A stretch of DNA of 64,000 nt, from positions 9,960,390 to 10,024,389 of the forward strand of contig CM082580.2 in assembly GCA_040954595.2 (NCBI GenBank), read 5' to 3'. The DNA comes from Balanoglossus misakiensis (lineage: Eukaryota; Animalia; Hemichordata). The translations under genes were made by a program, and so were the position numbers. The stretch's first letter is position 1, and every line of letters begins with the position of its first letter. Below the pieces are notes generated by a model. The model was not told the DNA's origin. It searched no databases and saw nothing but the letters and a program-made list of their open reading frames with translations. Positions 37,186 through 51,241 of the stretch are shown in pieces.

Positions 37186-40050
37186 CTATTTCAGTCTTTG
37201 AACAATGACGGCGTTCATCAGATTGGCTTGAGCCAGACTTTGATTTTCGTCCGTCAGTTCCTTGTTTGGAAACGTCGTCATCAGCGCAAAGGGTTGACTG
37301 CCGTACTGTGGCCGTGAGCTGAATCAGGTGTTAAGGATGGTGAATACATTTGGACAGGGATTGAAGCATCAGACCATGCCGGGAGAAAAAGAAGCTTTGA
37401 ATTCCAGTATTTCATAAAACTATTAAAGACGACACAGTTCAAATTGACTTGTGTTTTGCAGGATTCAAACCCAGACCTACTATACCAAGTCGTGTGGAAA
37501 GCAAGTTGGCGCTCGAAGCTTCTCAGTCAAACCCACATACCTGAAACTGTTTCAATAGCCAATTAACTTATTTCAATGGCTGAATAACTTGCAACTTGTA
37601 GCTAATGTGACACAATCCTGATATTGTGTGAATCTTTCTGACAAGGATACTCTAGTAGAAATCTTCTGACGTCACCAACTGTGTGTGTGTGGTTGAATTT
37701 CTGCACTAACCTAGAAATCAGAAAAATAAGGACAGCTGTCACACTGGACAGTGAGATGATCGGATTGATTCAGTTTTAAAGGGTGGCATTTGTAAACTGT
37801 GCTGATGGTTATACAAGAACTCTTGCAACATTTGAAAGAGGAGTGATATACATTTCATGTACTTACTTTGAGCTATCCGCCAATCTTATTTGTAGTGTGG
37901 TCATGGGTTGGGATTCATCTAATTGCACAGCGGTTGAGGGCGCACTTGCAGCTGCCTGGCTGGATGCAGGAGCTGGGCTGCTTATCACATTCGGAGTGGG
38001 GCTGAAGTAGAAGAAAGTCTGAATGAATTCTCTCTGGTCTGAATAATATTCAAGAGATCAACTTAACAAATTGAAAGTCACATATTTCATGAGAACAGTG
38101 ACCCTAGTAAAATTGGACAAACACACTTATTAATCTGGCAATTTTCTCTTGAACTTGGACACCAAAAAGGCACATTTGTCTCTGATTATTGAAGGCATAT
38201 GCATCCTTCAAGGAGTCAACCCACACAGGTATGTGTCGTACCTGCCCAGTTTGTGTCCCGCACCACCAAATGGCTTCAGTGTCGGTGGTGGAGGCCTATA
38301 CTCTTCATCCCGATGATCTTCCATGTCCAGATTCACTTGCCCACCTTTGGCAAGTCGAACGAGTTCTCTTGGTATTTCCCTGAAAACAAAAATCCAATGA
38401 AAATGGTTCAGAGTTTATATTTAAATGTCAGATTTAGATCCGAGATGCCTTCACATTGTGAATCTGTCGTCTGATGACACAACAGTTTGATCAAAACAAA
38501 AGACTAATTTCCTCACCCATTTGTGACAGAATTAAGGAATGCAGCATTCTTCGGGTCCTTGTATGACCTCATCTCTTCATCGTTGACTGTGAAGCCGTTC
38601 TTCCAAAGTCTCAGTACAACATCCACCTGATTGACACGAGAAAAAATTCCACAAATAAAAAAAAATTACAATACTTTCAATTTTACTGAACGTACATATT
38701 AAAACACTGTTTAATAAGATCTACTTACATCTTTGGGTTTGGATTTGAAAGCGCCAGCTGTTCCTGCCACGGGCACTGTATCCCCTCCCTCCGTATCTCC
38801 CAGCCTGTAGCCGGCCCCTCTGAAGGCGGAGTCTGGAGTCCGACTGGTGCTTGGAGCTGGTGTGCCTGCTTCCACTTCCTGAGCTCCGTGACTGCAACGA
38901 CAACATTCCATGGTCATTTTTGCATGAATCTCATTGGCGAAATTCTCAGCATGCGCATGTGATACCAATTTATCAACTTCTGGACACATGCAGATGAAGT
39001 AAGGTTTCTCATGAATTTAAGGCTATGTATGGTTTATTCAGGAATGTAAAAGAAATCATACTTACTCTTTTGCTGATTTAAATATTTCATCAACAATTTT
39101 GTCTGACTTTTTCTTTCCTGGTCCAACAATCTGTTGCCCACTGAGAATGAACAAAATTTGATTACCTTTATTTATAACATTTTTTTAGTTGATTTTATTT
39201 ACACCGAGCGATAAATCCTGCAAAGGTGACTGCAATCAAGTTTGACACAACACAAGAAGGGTGTTACCACATTTCCATACTAACCTTCCTCCCCTTTCTG
39301 ACCCCCCGGCATAAAACGTCTGCCCCTCATCTTCACTGCTGTCGCTCTCTTCACCTGGCTGCATGTCGGACAGAGTGGTGAACCGCGAACTTTTTTTCAA
39401 ATATGAAACAAAAAGGGCTAAGTGTTAGAAAGTGTCACATCACTGATTATATGAGGTTATTACGAAAATACTGCAAAGTATGCACTCGGACTCAAGCAGG
39501 AAGAATTGTTAATGGAGACATTTGCAAAAGTGATTCGAATCTGAATAAAATAACAACGCAAGAACCCAATGCATCATCCAACTTACCCAGAAGTCCTGGA
39601 CGATTTTGGTTTCGATTTTGATTCAGATTCAGCTGCAGGCTGTGGTGGATCCGGTTCACTGTACTCCCTATGGGGCTGAGCTGGTAAAGTGTCTGGTGTA
39701 TCTTCCATGTCGCCAGTGTCATAAAATGACGCTATTGCTACCTGTGAGGACATTGAGAAAGGAATCTTAGAAACTCATTTCCCTTTGAATCAAGCAGTCA
39801 GCTGGTCCATAGAGGCCGGACTGAAATAGCCAACGGTAGCATGCATGGATATTGTCATGTCATCACGTGTAAGCGTTTCAGCGTGTTATCGTATATTTTA
39901 ACCCCGAATTTAATGAATAAAAGATCCGATTCTGCTGGTCATTGTTACCTGAAGTTGCCACCCTGATGATTCGAGGTAAAACTGTGCCCTGTCGCCATCA
40001 CATCCAGTAATATTTATAAACTCCGCAACCATCTCATTGTGATCCGCCAT
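37186..40050 (-). CDS. NSFL1C: NSFL1 cofactor p47 (UBA-like, SEP, UBX)
   Basis: [34 protein letters not shown]; [11 protein letters not shown]; FRGAGYRLG; [13 protein letters not shown]...EIPREL...MEDHRDEEY; [12 protein letters not shown]...[11 protein letters not shown]...[32 protein letters not shown]. Confidence 0.95.
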
Positions 40051-40309
40051 TTTGACTTCCTGGTTTGTCTGTTTGTTCTCGCTTCTCACCTCCACTCTCG
40101 CAGAAATGTTTTCAAGCTTCCCCCTCTACGTTGCTTTCAAAGACAATGTCAGAGAGTCGACTTGAAATGTGCTGGTCCCCAGTGTCATAGTCATTTGGCG
40201 GGATTATAAAAAAAAATCACACATCAAGGAATGGAATTGTTATGCTTTGTTTATTTCTGCTTGTGGAAGTTTTAATTGGAATGCGGAATCGAGTTCAACG
40301 TAGTCCAGT

Positions 40310-43300
40310 TCATTCATGCGTCTTCTTCCATTCTTTATCCCGCAGTATATATCTTAGGGTCTTGCCGCTAGCAGTCTTGGGTAATTCGTCTAAAAATTCG
40401 ATCTGTCAAGAGAAAAAAGAGGTTTTATAAAGGAAAACACAACATGTAATCAAATGGAACCTACGAGGCAGTGTCCAATACTTGCCATTTATAGCAAGCG
40501 AACACTTGTGGTAAAAATGAAATCTGATCACGACAAAACTCACCTGTCTTGGGTATTTGTATGGTGCTGTTATCTTCTTCACATGATCTTGTAATTCTTT
40601 AATCAGTTCATTTTCATCGCGGTCTCTGTGTTGTAAGGATCGAACCACGAAGGCCTTCACGATCTACGTGAGTGACCAAAAGCAAGAAAAATAAGTTAAA
40701 ACGTTAAGTAGCATGTACATTTTACTCTGAGAAAAAAAAATACATAACACAAGAACAAACCACAAAAACAGATATAGTTTTTCTCTCCTACCGCGCCTCT
40801 GGTTTCATCGGGACTGCTGACAACTGCCGCTTCGGCTACAGCCGGATGCTCCAAAAGGGCGCTTTCTACTTCGAATGGACCAATTCGATATCTGCCAAAT
40901 ACAGCCAGTGATTACAAATGTAAACCGTATAGTTTCACTCTGGTGAGCTGGCCTCTCGAATTTATTCGAATACTCTCAGTCAAAGGTTCTAATTCTACTC
41001 TAGGACATGGCTATCGCCTAAAACTGTGTTTCTTTGTGTGAATTTTATCATCCCCAACCTTACTCCCATTTACACAAGAAAAAAAAGCAGCAGATGGAAT
41101 ATTGGTAGGCATACATATATCAAACAAACGATACAATTCGCGTCTGTCTGAGTCTTGATGACAGAAAAATCTGAATGTGTGACTGTCATTACCCCGCCGA
41201 TATGATGACTTCATCCTTTCTGCCAACAAACCAAAAGTAGCCATCTTCGTCTCGATAAGCCTTGTCACCTGTGAGGAAAAAGTCACCAGCAAAAGCAGCC
41301 GCTGTGCGTTCTTCATCGTCCTGGAGTATGAAAATGGAAATATGGTGAAAATCGATGATGGTCTGTACTAGCCAACCAGACTAGACTCGGACATTAATGT
41401 GGTTAAGTTGGTCGGTCCGTATATTTTTTTTTCGTCCGTCAAATAAAACAAAATACTTACCAGATACCGTGTAAATATGCCCAATGGTTTCTCTGGTTTG
41501 ACCTTCACGGCGATTTGACCTTCCTCGTTGGCAGGCAGTTCGTTTCCTTCGTCATCCACGATACGGACATCCATACCGGGGCTGGCAACTCCCATGGAAC
41601 CCAGTCGTCGTTTCACAACGGGATACGTTGCACACAGACAAGTCTTGAAATTGTCAAACAAAGAAGCATCGTCGTCACTATCATTGCCATCATCGTCATC
41701 TCATCAGTGTTATGATAACAAAACGAAACATTTCCATCGTTTTCTTGATAATTAGCAACTAATTCAGCCAATAAACACATCCGGTAATGTGGAAATGTGT
41801 TAAGAAATTGCCCTTTTGTAATAAAGCAAGTTATTACAACTCACGGATTCTGTTTGGCCATATGCTTCATAGATAGTCATACCAGTTGCATTTTCCCAAA
41901 TGCGGACAACTTCTGGATTCTGATAGAGAACAGACACCAATTATCAATTAAATGCCCCCATACATGCCTTCTAATTGGTTCCAATTCCTTTCGTAAATCA
42001 CCGATAACGCATCATTTCCACAAACATTAACACTTTTGGTAAAACATATCGTTTGCCAAAAATCACATGTAATGTGAATGCATTACCACAGCCATATCGC
42101 CATGCCCGAATGTCACAGAACATCACCTTACAGGTCATTATTTTTCTATTCCTAGAAGCGATACGTTTTATTTCCCTTACTAGCGGCTCGCCTCCGCTAA
42201 TTGTCCGACGAAGATGCGTAAATTTAAAACGCGAGAGATCTTCTTGCACCATGATACGGATAGCCGTTGGCGGCGCACAGAATACCGAGATTGGGTACCG
42301 TTGCAGAACCTGGGTATAACGAAATTAAAACTGATTAGAATGGGTTTGAACGACGGGCAAACGTGTTCAAATGCTGAAGACAGAGCGACAAAGTCGGGAG
42401 GAATTAATATTTCTAGACATTATAAGCATGAGAATACCTGCAGAGTATAAACCGGATCGAACTTTTGGCGTTGGTGAGCAAACACGCAAGCGCCGAAGAT
42501 CCAAGTTATATAAATATAACTGAATGCGGCTTTGGCCCAACCAGTGTCTGCCACCGTGTAGAAGATATCACGACTTGTCAGAGACATAAAGTACCTGTAA
42601 TGACAAACTTCAACATCAGAAATAACGCGTTTGTCTCTCTCCCGAAATCCCAAAATCCCAGAACACGATATATTTTATGTACAAACAACAGGAACATTGG
42701 TCTTACTTTCCGGTGGGAACGTGTCCTATGCCGTAGCTAGCGTGGGACTGTTCAACCATCTTTGGTTTTCCAGTTGTTCCACTGGTGAAAAAGACCATCG
42801 AGGGATCACCACTTTTCGTTCGAACGGGCTGGATGAAGACAATTATTAAGAAAGGGAAACACACCCTAAGTTGCGAAGACTTCACGATATGTCAGGCTAT
42901 AGCGAATGCGCAGTCATTCAATGTCAGAATATCACTAATACCGCACGCCAGAATTTCAACTCAAGTGATTATGAAAGCAAATGTCACGACTCTCTGAATC
43001 ATCAGTTGTCTTACCTCGAAACTGTCGCCTGCCTTCTCGTACAATTCATTGAAATTCAGCCAACCCGACCTGAACGGGAAAAAGGAAAGGCGTCTTCTTT
43101 AACAGTGCCACAGCAAATTGTGGTCTTAAAAGTTATACAGGTATGCACAACGCCATGATCATGGGCATTTGGCAATATTTATGTTCATATATCTGAGTTT
43201 ACAAAATGGATTATATTACTTCTGAGGCAGTGCTATTGAATAAATCGTATACATGTAGGCCCCCTACCTTGATTCTTCTCCGCATTTTGGTATCAGAAGT

Positions 43301-44826
43301 TTACATCTGAGATTAGGACAACTTTCGATAATCTGTATAATAAGCATGCATGTACACACAAAATCGAAAATTAGTTCTTGTATGATATTGCATTGCCTTG
43401 CATACCAGCATTATCCTCGATCTCTTGAGCAACAAGACAATCCTGATCCACATTTATCATGAATATCCATGTTCATTCTTGAAAAGTGACCCAAATGAAG
43501 TAATTTGACCTCACCTGATCCACCATCTCTGCATGCTCGTTATCAGTTACGATTGTTGTTGCCTTGGAAACAGTCAATCTATATTCGATATCCGCAGCCC
43601 TCAACTGAACGGAACCAGGGAAGATAATAGCTCCTTTGAAATAAAGCAAAAAATATCACATGTGATATATTTATCATGGACAAAAAGATCTGTGGACCGA
43701 GGTATATCATTACCAATGAAGATTAAGAGACCGATGAGGAAAATAGATGAGGTAAGGATCGTCAATTTCCAGCAGCCCACCCCCCTCATAATAACTGAAA
43801 CCTCCCTTACCAATTCTGATACAGCTAATGTATACAAGCCACCATTCAAGAACCCGGCCTAAGATGAGGGTTACTCGGTCGCCTTTCTTCAAACCACAAT
43901 CCTGAGTCAGCAGATTTGCTGTCCTGTGTAAGACGCAATAAGCAGAAAACCGAGAATACATTGCCAATTGCAAGCTTGTCACTTTGACAGTCCGAGACTA
44001 GCTTACTTTGAAATACAACCATAGTTTTACCAGTATAAAATAAATTTCAAAAGGTGCTGTAAACTTGGATTCGATGATTCTTTGGCTTAGTACCTTTTAG
44101 ACTTGGTGCTGACATCTTGGAAAGACCACTTAATTTCATCGCCATCGTCGTTTAGCCAGTGCAGAGCGGGTATCTTGGTGTCGCGTTCCCCGTTCTGTTA
44201 GTAAAGTAAGTTGAATGAAATAAGTATGGATAATTTCAACATTTTTAGAGACCAGTGTCATCTACATGTTACCAGGACAACGTAACCTAGCTTCATGACC
44301 CTAGTCTCATCATCCGGATGTCTGTCGCATCCCTTCAGATAAATGGAGCCTAATAGATTTTATTTCTGAAGGTAAGACAATAAACTACATGCACCAACAA
44401 TTTATAGTTTACTGGTCTATGGTGGCAATACATATGGCAGCACTATACCTGTTCTTTCTCGGCCCACTTGTCGATTACATCGGTTGCAAAATTGAAGTAT
44501 TCTGGTACTTCCCATTTGAAGTTTTCCCTCTCCTTTTGAAAATCAGCGTATCCGGTTCCTGACACTGCAGTGCAAAGCGACCTCGGGTATCGATCAGTCG
44601 GGCCCAGACGTGAAACACTTTGGTTGTTGTGCAATGATGTCAAAGCCCGGTTGCCAGCACTCCAATAGCTATAGCAATACTGTGTTTCCGTTGAAAACGA
44701 CTTGCGGGTTTGTTCTTGTACTGGAACAAGCGCCAGGCGACATTGGTTCGACAGAGATTTTGAGGCAGCTGTTATGGATCGAGGAAGCTGCAGTTTCCCC
44801 AGGGTCATCAAAATACTGTATGCCAT
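40310..44826 (-). CDS. Medium-chain acyl-CoA synthetase (ACSM family), probably mitochondrial
   Basis: Basic N-terminal presequence; [16 protein letters not shown]; [13 protein letters not shown]; ADTGWAKA; GGEPL; YGQTE; GSMG; [18 protein letters not shown]; APYKYPR; LPKTASGK. Multi-exon; the paralog number cannot be assigned. Confidence 0.93.
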
Positions 44827-46967
44827 GTCGTGACAATACAGCTTTAACTTTACGCGCTGACAGAGCCGAACACAAGCCGAACACAATCACCCATACACTT
44901 TCGACAACACCGTCTAGACACTAGGCCACTGGCCAACTTTAACCCTGGTTCAGTGTTGTTGTTTGCTTGCTGTGTGGGTAAGGTGGCATTCCCTCAAGAA
45001 CAATTTAACAATCACCGTACTCTTGGTCCACGTAAGCCGTGAAGGTCAGATGACGGTCAGACGATGCTTGACACTTAACCTGTGGGAGAATATAATATTT
45101 GTAGAAAAGTCGTGTTTATCGCGAATGAGAGCAAAAAGGGCACTGTCTACCAGCGGGAATCTAGGTCAATTGACTCATTATTCATCAGCTTATTCGAAGG
45201 AACGTAAATCTTTGAGACCAAACACTGCGTAAAATACTTGTTCTAGAGCATACAATCCGCTTCGGATAAACTGTTGTCAAGCAGGCCGCTCCAGGTACCC
45301 GGATTAGCTAGTTTAGTCCCCTTTGGTGTTATCTCCGGGTGATGCGTTCGTCCTTCAACTCGGAGTGATCAAAATCACGCCCCCATCGTCGAAATACGAT
45401 ATATATTTCCATCACGTTTGCATATTTGAATACCATAGATTGGCCAATGCTGGCTAGCATCTTTTGCCCAGCCAGCCCAGGGCATATCGTTTGCCCTGAC
45501 CTTTTCTTGGATCAACAAAGGTGCTTTACTGAAGCCAATCTCAGGGCTTGAAATGTCACTGGTTCAGGAATCCACAGGAAACAAGGTGCTCTGAATACAA
45601 AAGCACTTAACACAGGCTGTCTTGGTAAAGACTGTTACCAAGTGTATGGTGGACTGCAACAAAACCCATCAATAAACCACAAACACATTATGTGCAGCAA
45701 TAACATCATCATATTTAATTCATTAAGCCATCTTGGAAAGGCATAACTAGATACAGAAATTAATTTGAATTAACCTAGTATATATTCAGAATGAACTATA
45801 TTTTAAACAGTTGTTTTGGTGCCACTACAAAAGTTCCAGTGGTCAGTCACTACCCAAATGGTTGACAAATTTCTTGAGAACATATCAAACACTAACACTA
45901 TATTAATTTCTATGTGCACTCTCATTGAAAGTGTGCAATCTCTATCTATAAACTTGTATGTGAAAGAAATGATCTACAGAAAACAAAATATCATGAGTCA
46001 GTCATCACCTTGCAGTAATGTGTAAAATCAAGGATCACGTGCCTAAGAAAGGTGTATGCACCAGAAAAGAAGTCACCATAATTATATCAAATATGTACAG
46101 TTGAAAATTGTTTAAAAATCTGCTTTTGTCTAGAATGCTTCTCTTTATCTGCTATTAGGTCAAAGTAAATTATTTGGGTGTAAGGTTGTATTTACAAGTT
46201 CCCCCGGAACACTTTGTTTTCACTGGAATTTTTGTTGAAAACGAAACATTTTGTTTTCTGTTGACTTTAAAAAAAAATGAAAATAAATTCTGAGCAAAAA
46301 CAAAGTATTCCGTTTTATGTTATAGATTATAAATTGAACCACTCACAGTCCAGGATAGTGTGCAAATAGCACAAACTTGACGCAACTTGCATGCATTGCT
46401 ACCTTGCAGCCTACATTTTAGAGTTGGATAATCATATCATGGAAATAATTAACACAGATATGGCAGTGATATAATTTATGAAACACTCATGCCACTGGTA
46501 ATGGTGTATCTTTGACAAACGAGAAAATTGTCAATATTATACATTATATTGCTTCAGCCACTTTATTAGAACATTATTAGAATCAATAGCAGAAATAACC
46601 ATGTGCTGAATTCCATACTACTCTAGTGCACTGTTTTCAATGTAGATAAACTGCACAATAATTCCAACCAGTATATCTTTTCCAAACGTGTATAAATAAC
46701 TCAAACGCTAAAATGGACTTTTTCAAAATGGGAAAAATTGCAAATATCTTAAAATTCCAGGTTTATACCTAGGAGGAAGCTACATCTATTATTATTATTA
46801 TCTATTGATAACTTCAGATAGTTGGCAAAATTGTCTCCTTTGGCTTGTATTATCTAACATAATTTAAAGAATCAAGCATCATGTTAAATAATGAATGTTA
46901 AAACTAGTGATGTTTGACGATTCAAAGATTTGAAAGTATTTTTGTTGCGCGTGGGCATCTCAGTTAA

Positions 46968-48719
46968 TTACATATTTTGCCATATCGCCCGGACTGACTG
47001 ATCAGTTTCTTGCTGCGTGATGACATGCTGTACGATCTGAGCCGGTATTTGTGCTGGCTGCTGCTGCTGCTGCTGGACTTGCTGCACCACGGTGTGGGTT
47101 GGAAAGCTTGCGGTGGTCTGGTAGGTCTGCTGGGGCTCTTCGTAAGCAATGGTCACCTGGGTTGGCACAGTAGTCACCACTTTGGCCCTCCTGGCGTTCG
47201 TCTGAAGAATACTACTGTCGGTTTGCTTCAGGTGGGTCTGCTTGTGGACGTTCAGAGCACTGCGGCGCTTCGCAGCATAGCTGCACATATCACACTTGAA
47301 CGGCCGTTCGCCGGTGTGCCTGCGCATGTGGATGGTAAGGCCTTTCTTGTCAACGCAGGCAAAAGAGCACAGCTGGCATCTGAATGGTCGTATGTTTGAA
47401 TGTTTTGCCATCACATGCTTTTTAAGGGTGCTGCCATCAGCACTGGCATAATCACACTGGTTGCATTTATAAGGTTTCTCTCCAGTATGCTTTCGCATGT
47501 GGACCAAGAAGTTGTCCTTCTTCTTTGTGCTGTATCCACAATGCTCGCAGATGATTGGGTTGACGGCGTTTTTATGCATCGGCGTTTTGTAGTGAGCCTC
47601 CAACTTCTCCCTGCTCACATAGGTCCGGTTACATAACTGACAACGGAAATCTGAGCCATGCTTTCCTACATGAATCTTCAGACGTGATTCAAACTTTGTG
47701 ACATAATCACATTGATCACACTGCAGTAGTTCTTTGATATCGGCATGCTTTCTCCTGACATGGTGTTTCACACTGGCTCGGGTGGACAGCTTTTCACCAC
47801 AGATTTCACAGAGGAATTTTTTGGATCGGTTATGCTTTTTCTGGGTGTGTTTATCGAGCTCCTCTTGGGTCTTGTATCTCATCTTGCACTTCTCACACTG
47901 GAACTTTCTTTGCCCAATGTACTCTTTCTTCTGAAACGGCGATATGATTCCCAGCGATTCTCTCGTTGGGATAATGGCATCACTTTTTCTGCTTCGCTTG
48001 AAATGCTTCTCGGTCAGAATCTGAGCTTCACCGGCTGAAGTCTGCACTTGACCTTGTATTTGACCGTCATGTGTGAGGATGGTTATCGTGGTGGTAGTCC
48101 CTTCGGACGTGGGTGGTTTCAGCGCTTGGGTGTCAACAGTTTGCAGCTGTTCGACCTGATTTTCTTCGTGCTGTTCGTGGACCTGTACTTGTTGTTGCTC
48201 TTGTGAACTTGCACCGCTAGTCGCCGGGTCCTGGCCTTGGATTGCGGCCTGCTGTTGTGCTTCGGTGCCGTCCGGTTGTGCCATAGTGTTCTCAGCGCTG
48301 CGGGCAGCATCTGCCGCACATTCGGCACCTAAACCCATAAGGACTTCCAACGCATTTGAGAGAGACACGGCGTCGTTTTGTTGCGTGGTCAAATCTCCCA
48401 AGTTAACAGGTGCCTGCTGCTGCGACTCTGCATTTTCTTGCCCGTCTCTTTGTATAGTTTGAGCGACCGCCCCGCCGGTATGGTTGTTGTAGTTAGGGAA
48501 ATGGGTTTCCTTCATATGCTCGGCTATGTTCACCTTCACAGCACTGTTGTACTTACATAGCTTGCAGCGATACACCTCCACAAGGAATACTTCGATGTAT
48601 TCTTTGAAAGCTTCATAATCACTTAGCTGTCGCTGGTGGACTTCTTGTTGATGTTGTTGGGTCGTCTGCACAGCGGCATTGGCTGGAATTGTGACTTCGA
48701 CGTAGGTCGGTGCAGCCAT
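46968..48719 (-). CDS. Intronless C2H2 zinc-finger protein (1 N-terminal + 8 clustered fingers, Q-rich regions)
   Basis: 583-aa ORF with CxxC...HxxxH repeats and canonical HTGEKPY/HTGERPF linkers. Confidence 0.93.
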   Translation of the reverse strand: MAAPTYVEVTIPANAAVQTTQQHQQEVHQRQLSDYEAFKEYIEVFLVEVYRCKLCKYNSAVKVNIAEHMKETHFPNYNNHTGGAVAQTIQRDGQENAESQQQAPVNLGDLTTQQNDAVSLSNALEVLMGLGAECAADAARSAENTMAQPDGTEAQQQAAIQGQDPATSGASSQEQQQVQVHEQHEENQVEQLQTVDTQALKPPTSEGTTTTITILTHDGQIQGQVQTSAGEAQILTEKHFKRSRKSDAIIPTRESLGIISPFQKKEYIGQRKFQCEKCKMRYKTQEELDKHTQKKHNRSKKFLCEICGEKLSTRASVKHHVRRKHADIKELLQCDQCDYVTKFESRLKIHVGKHGSDFRCQLCNRTYVSREKLEAHYKTPMHKNAVNPIICEHCGYSTKKKDNFLVHMRKHTGEKPYKCNQCDYASADGSTLKKHVMAKHSNIRPFRCQLCSFACVDKKGLTIHMRRHTGERPFKCDMCSYAAKRRSALNVHKQTHLKQTDSSILQTNARRAKVVTTVPTQVTIAYEEPQQTYQTTASFPTHTVVQQVQQQQQQPAQIPAQIVQHVITQQETDQSVRAIWQNM

Positions 48720-49904
48720 CTTCTTTTTTCAATTTTCCCAGGTCAAATTTGTACCCCTAGTTTGGTCTAAAAATTCGCGGGTAAATAGTGTCAATAACAC
48801 GGCAATTTTGGTACCAGAATGTTCACAAATTTCTACGGAAACGTGAACACTAGATGCTGAATGTCCCAAAACAAATTTTGCTCTTATTTTTTCGTGAAAT
48901 TCAGCTCAGCTCACCACAAAGGCTTAGGGGGACCAACGCCATGACGGTGACGCGCCAAAACGAAATGAATTGTGGGAAGTAAATTGTATTCATATGCAAA
49001 TGACTTATGTGTTAGTCCCACGCGTACGAATGAAGCGTCATAAATTTTATGGAATATTCATAGCGATTTTATGACTATGGGCCGCTAATGAATTAAAAAA
49101 AATTGTGAATGTCATTAAGCAGGACAATTAACATTTCTTCTTCAGTTTTGAATAAATTTAGCGTCAATTTTGTCATAGTAAATATGATACTGGAGATGAT
49201 TTGCGTATCATGATAACATACACTCCAGCTTGTGAGTTTTGAAATGAACAAGTTGTACATATGATTCAAAAAAATAATTCAAAGCAAGATGCCCAATGAT
49301 AATTCATATTATATGTATGATAAAGATAAAATCTACATTTTTATTTTTACAGGTCGTTATGTTAGGAATAACTGTAAACGTAACATTAGCATACATAAGC
49401 CTATTATGATCATGTATAAATATCGACACAAGTTTGAATGGTTATGTCGAAACTGGTGGGTTTCTAGGGACCACCCTCCCGAAAATACCGAAAAAAAAAG
49501 AAAGTTTTCAGTCCGATGGGTGTATTTCCGTCAATCAGTTACATGTATGTGTAATGATTTGACTTTGAGAGATGACCACAATTGACTGGTGTAAGACATA
49601 TTAAAATACCATCGTAAAAAGAAGACATTGGACTTGTTCGTCCGTCCACTGTACTAGTCAAAGGGAAAGAAAGAAAGAAAGAAAGAAAGAAAGTTTCATT
49701 TCTTAATGGTTTATACATTGTATACGGAAAAAGTAACATAATACAACCATGTATAAGATTTTAAGTTATACATAATAAAGGTTGGTCTATATATTTTCCT
49801 ATTCGTGGTCTATATCAGTGTATGTGAAATTTAGATTCCAGCAAAGCTGCAACCAACTTTGCACTGTTTGTGCTAGCCTCTTGAGGTGGATCCACCGTAA
49901 CGGT

Positions 49905-49918
49905 GTCGCCATGGATAC
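49905..49918. promoter_or_regulatory. RFX X-box-like site
   Basis: GTCGCCATGGATAC. Confidence 0.45.
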
Positions 49919-51227
49919 TGGGGTCCAACGACGATATTTTGAGATTGGGCAGGAAAACACACGTGGGACTATTGCTGCACGTGTTTATGACTGTAATGTT
50001 ACTAGTATAACGGAAACTCGACATGTATCAAGCACTTCTACGTGGATAAGGGGTTTGAGTTTTAACCCCCTAAGAGGCGCAAATCAGGGAAAGACAGCCT
50101 CCCTCAGTGACCTAAGAAAAAGTGCATATGCCGAGAAAGTTTTTCAACTTGCGTTTCATTGCAATCCAACGTACATACTACCATTCTATAACGCTAACGA
50201 CAATTCGATCATTTTGATAAACACGAGAAGATTTATGAGCAAAATAAGCCCTTTGTTTTTCCCCGTTTCTACGTTTTTCAGTTCTCTTCGGCTGAAGTGC
50301 ACCATTACGCATTCAGTAAGGTACAACACTTAATTAATTTATGTGCGCATGCGTGCTGTGCAGGGTGGCAACGTTCATAAACATTGTTATGGTGCTTCGA
50401 AACTACCCATAGTGAACGACACGTGAAGTTTGAATTTGTAATCGGTATTCGTGATATTGTGCTGTGTGCGGAGCAAATTTCGAGGAGTCGCCGGTGAGGA
50501 TCTATAGAACAGAGGTTTCTGTAGTAGAGTATAGCTCCGATTGTGGATCAGATCTGCAAAAAGACCAGGAGACCTCGGAAGGTGAGGATACGGGAACAAT
50601 ACGTATTGCGGCCAACCAAGCCCTTGTATGAAAACCCCTTTGTAATATGTGCTACATACCATAGTGGGCACAGGTAAAGGTTATACTTACCTGCTATCGA
50701 TCGGTGGTGGGTATATTACGAACCCGTAAAACTGTGACCCCTTGATTGCTAAAGAGGCTTCAGATAAATTGGAAGACCGAGTCGGCGTTCCTATCACCAC
50801 ATATTAGTGTTTCGATTGCACAACCCATGTTTATTGCTGGCATAGGAAAGTGTATACCTTGACTGTATACGTATTACCGCTATGTGTGAAAGATTTTGGG
50901 ATAGGCCTTTTTGAGACAGTTCTTCCCAGACCTGACCAACATAGGGCCAAGACTGGACAAATCATTGTAATTGTAGACCCATAATAATGGCACAACACAT
51001 TTCACATTCGTATCAGTCATCATCAAAGTCGCTGGTTTGATTATATTTAAAACGAAAGTATTTAGGTTTCTATTGAATTTTAAGGACACTTGACCTCATT
51101 CAACAGGAACCTATCTGCAATGTAATAAAAACCAGAGTTTGTAGAATTGTAAACAGTGACAATATAATTATCTTATTGGGCAGTCATGTTGTTTCAGTCA
51201 GGGATATCATTCACATTTGGCTAAGCT

Positions 51228-51241
51228 GTTGCCATGGCAAC
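51228..51241. promoter_or_regulatory. RFX X-box (perfect palindrome)
   Basis: GTTGCCATGGCAAC. Confidence 0.65.

Noticed and set aside
37425-37535. B-box-like GGTTTGAATCC on the minus strand in an NSFL1C intron
   Set aside because: There is no clear A box; it is at most a very decayed SINE and too weak to annotate.
48960-49005. Octamer ATGCAAAT next to a ZNF143/STAF-like site, suggesting an snRNA gene enhancer
   Set aside because: No recognisable snRNA sequence lies nearby on either strand; it is more simply part of the zinc-finger gene promoter.
49782-50333. 183-aa plus-strand ORF
   Set aside because: It starts at TTG, has no recognisable domain or coding-like composition, and overlaps a probable regulatory region.
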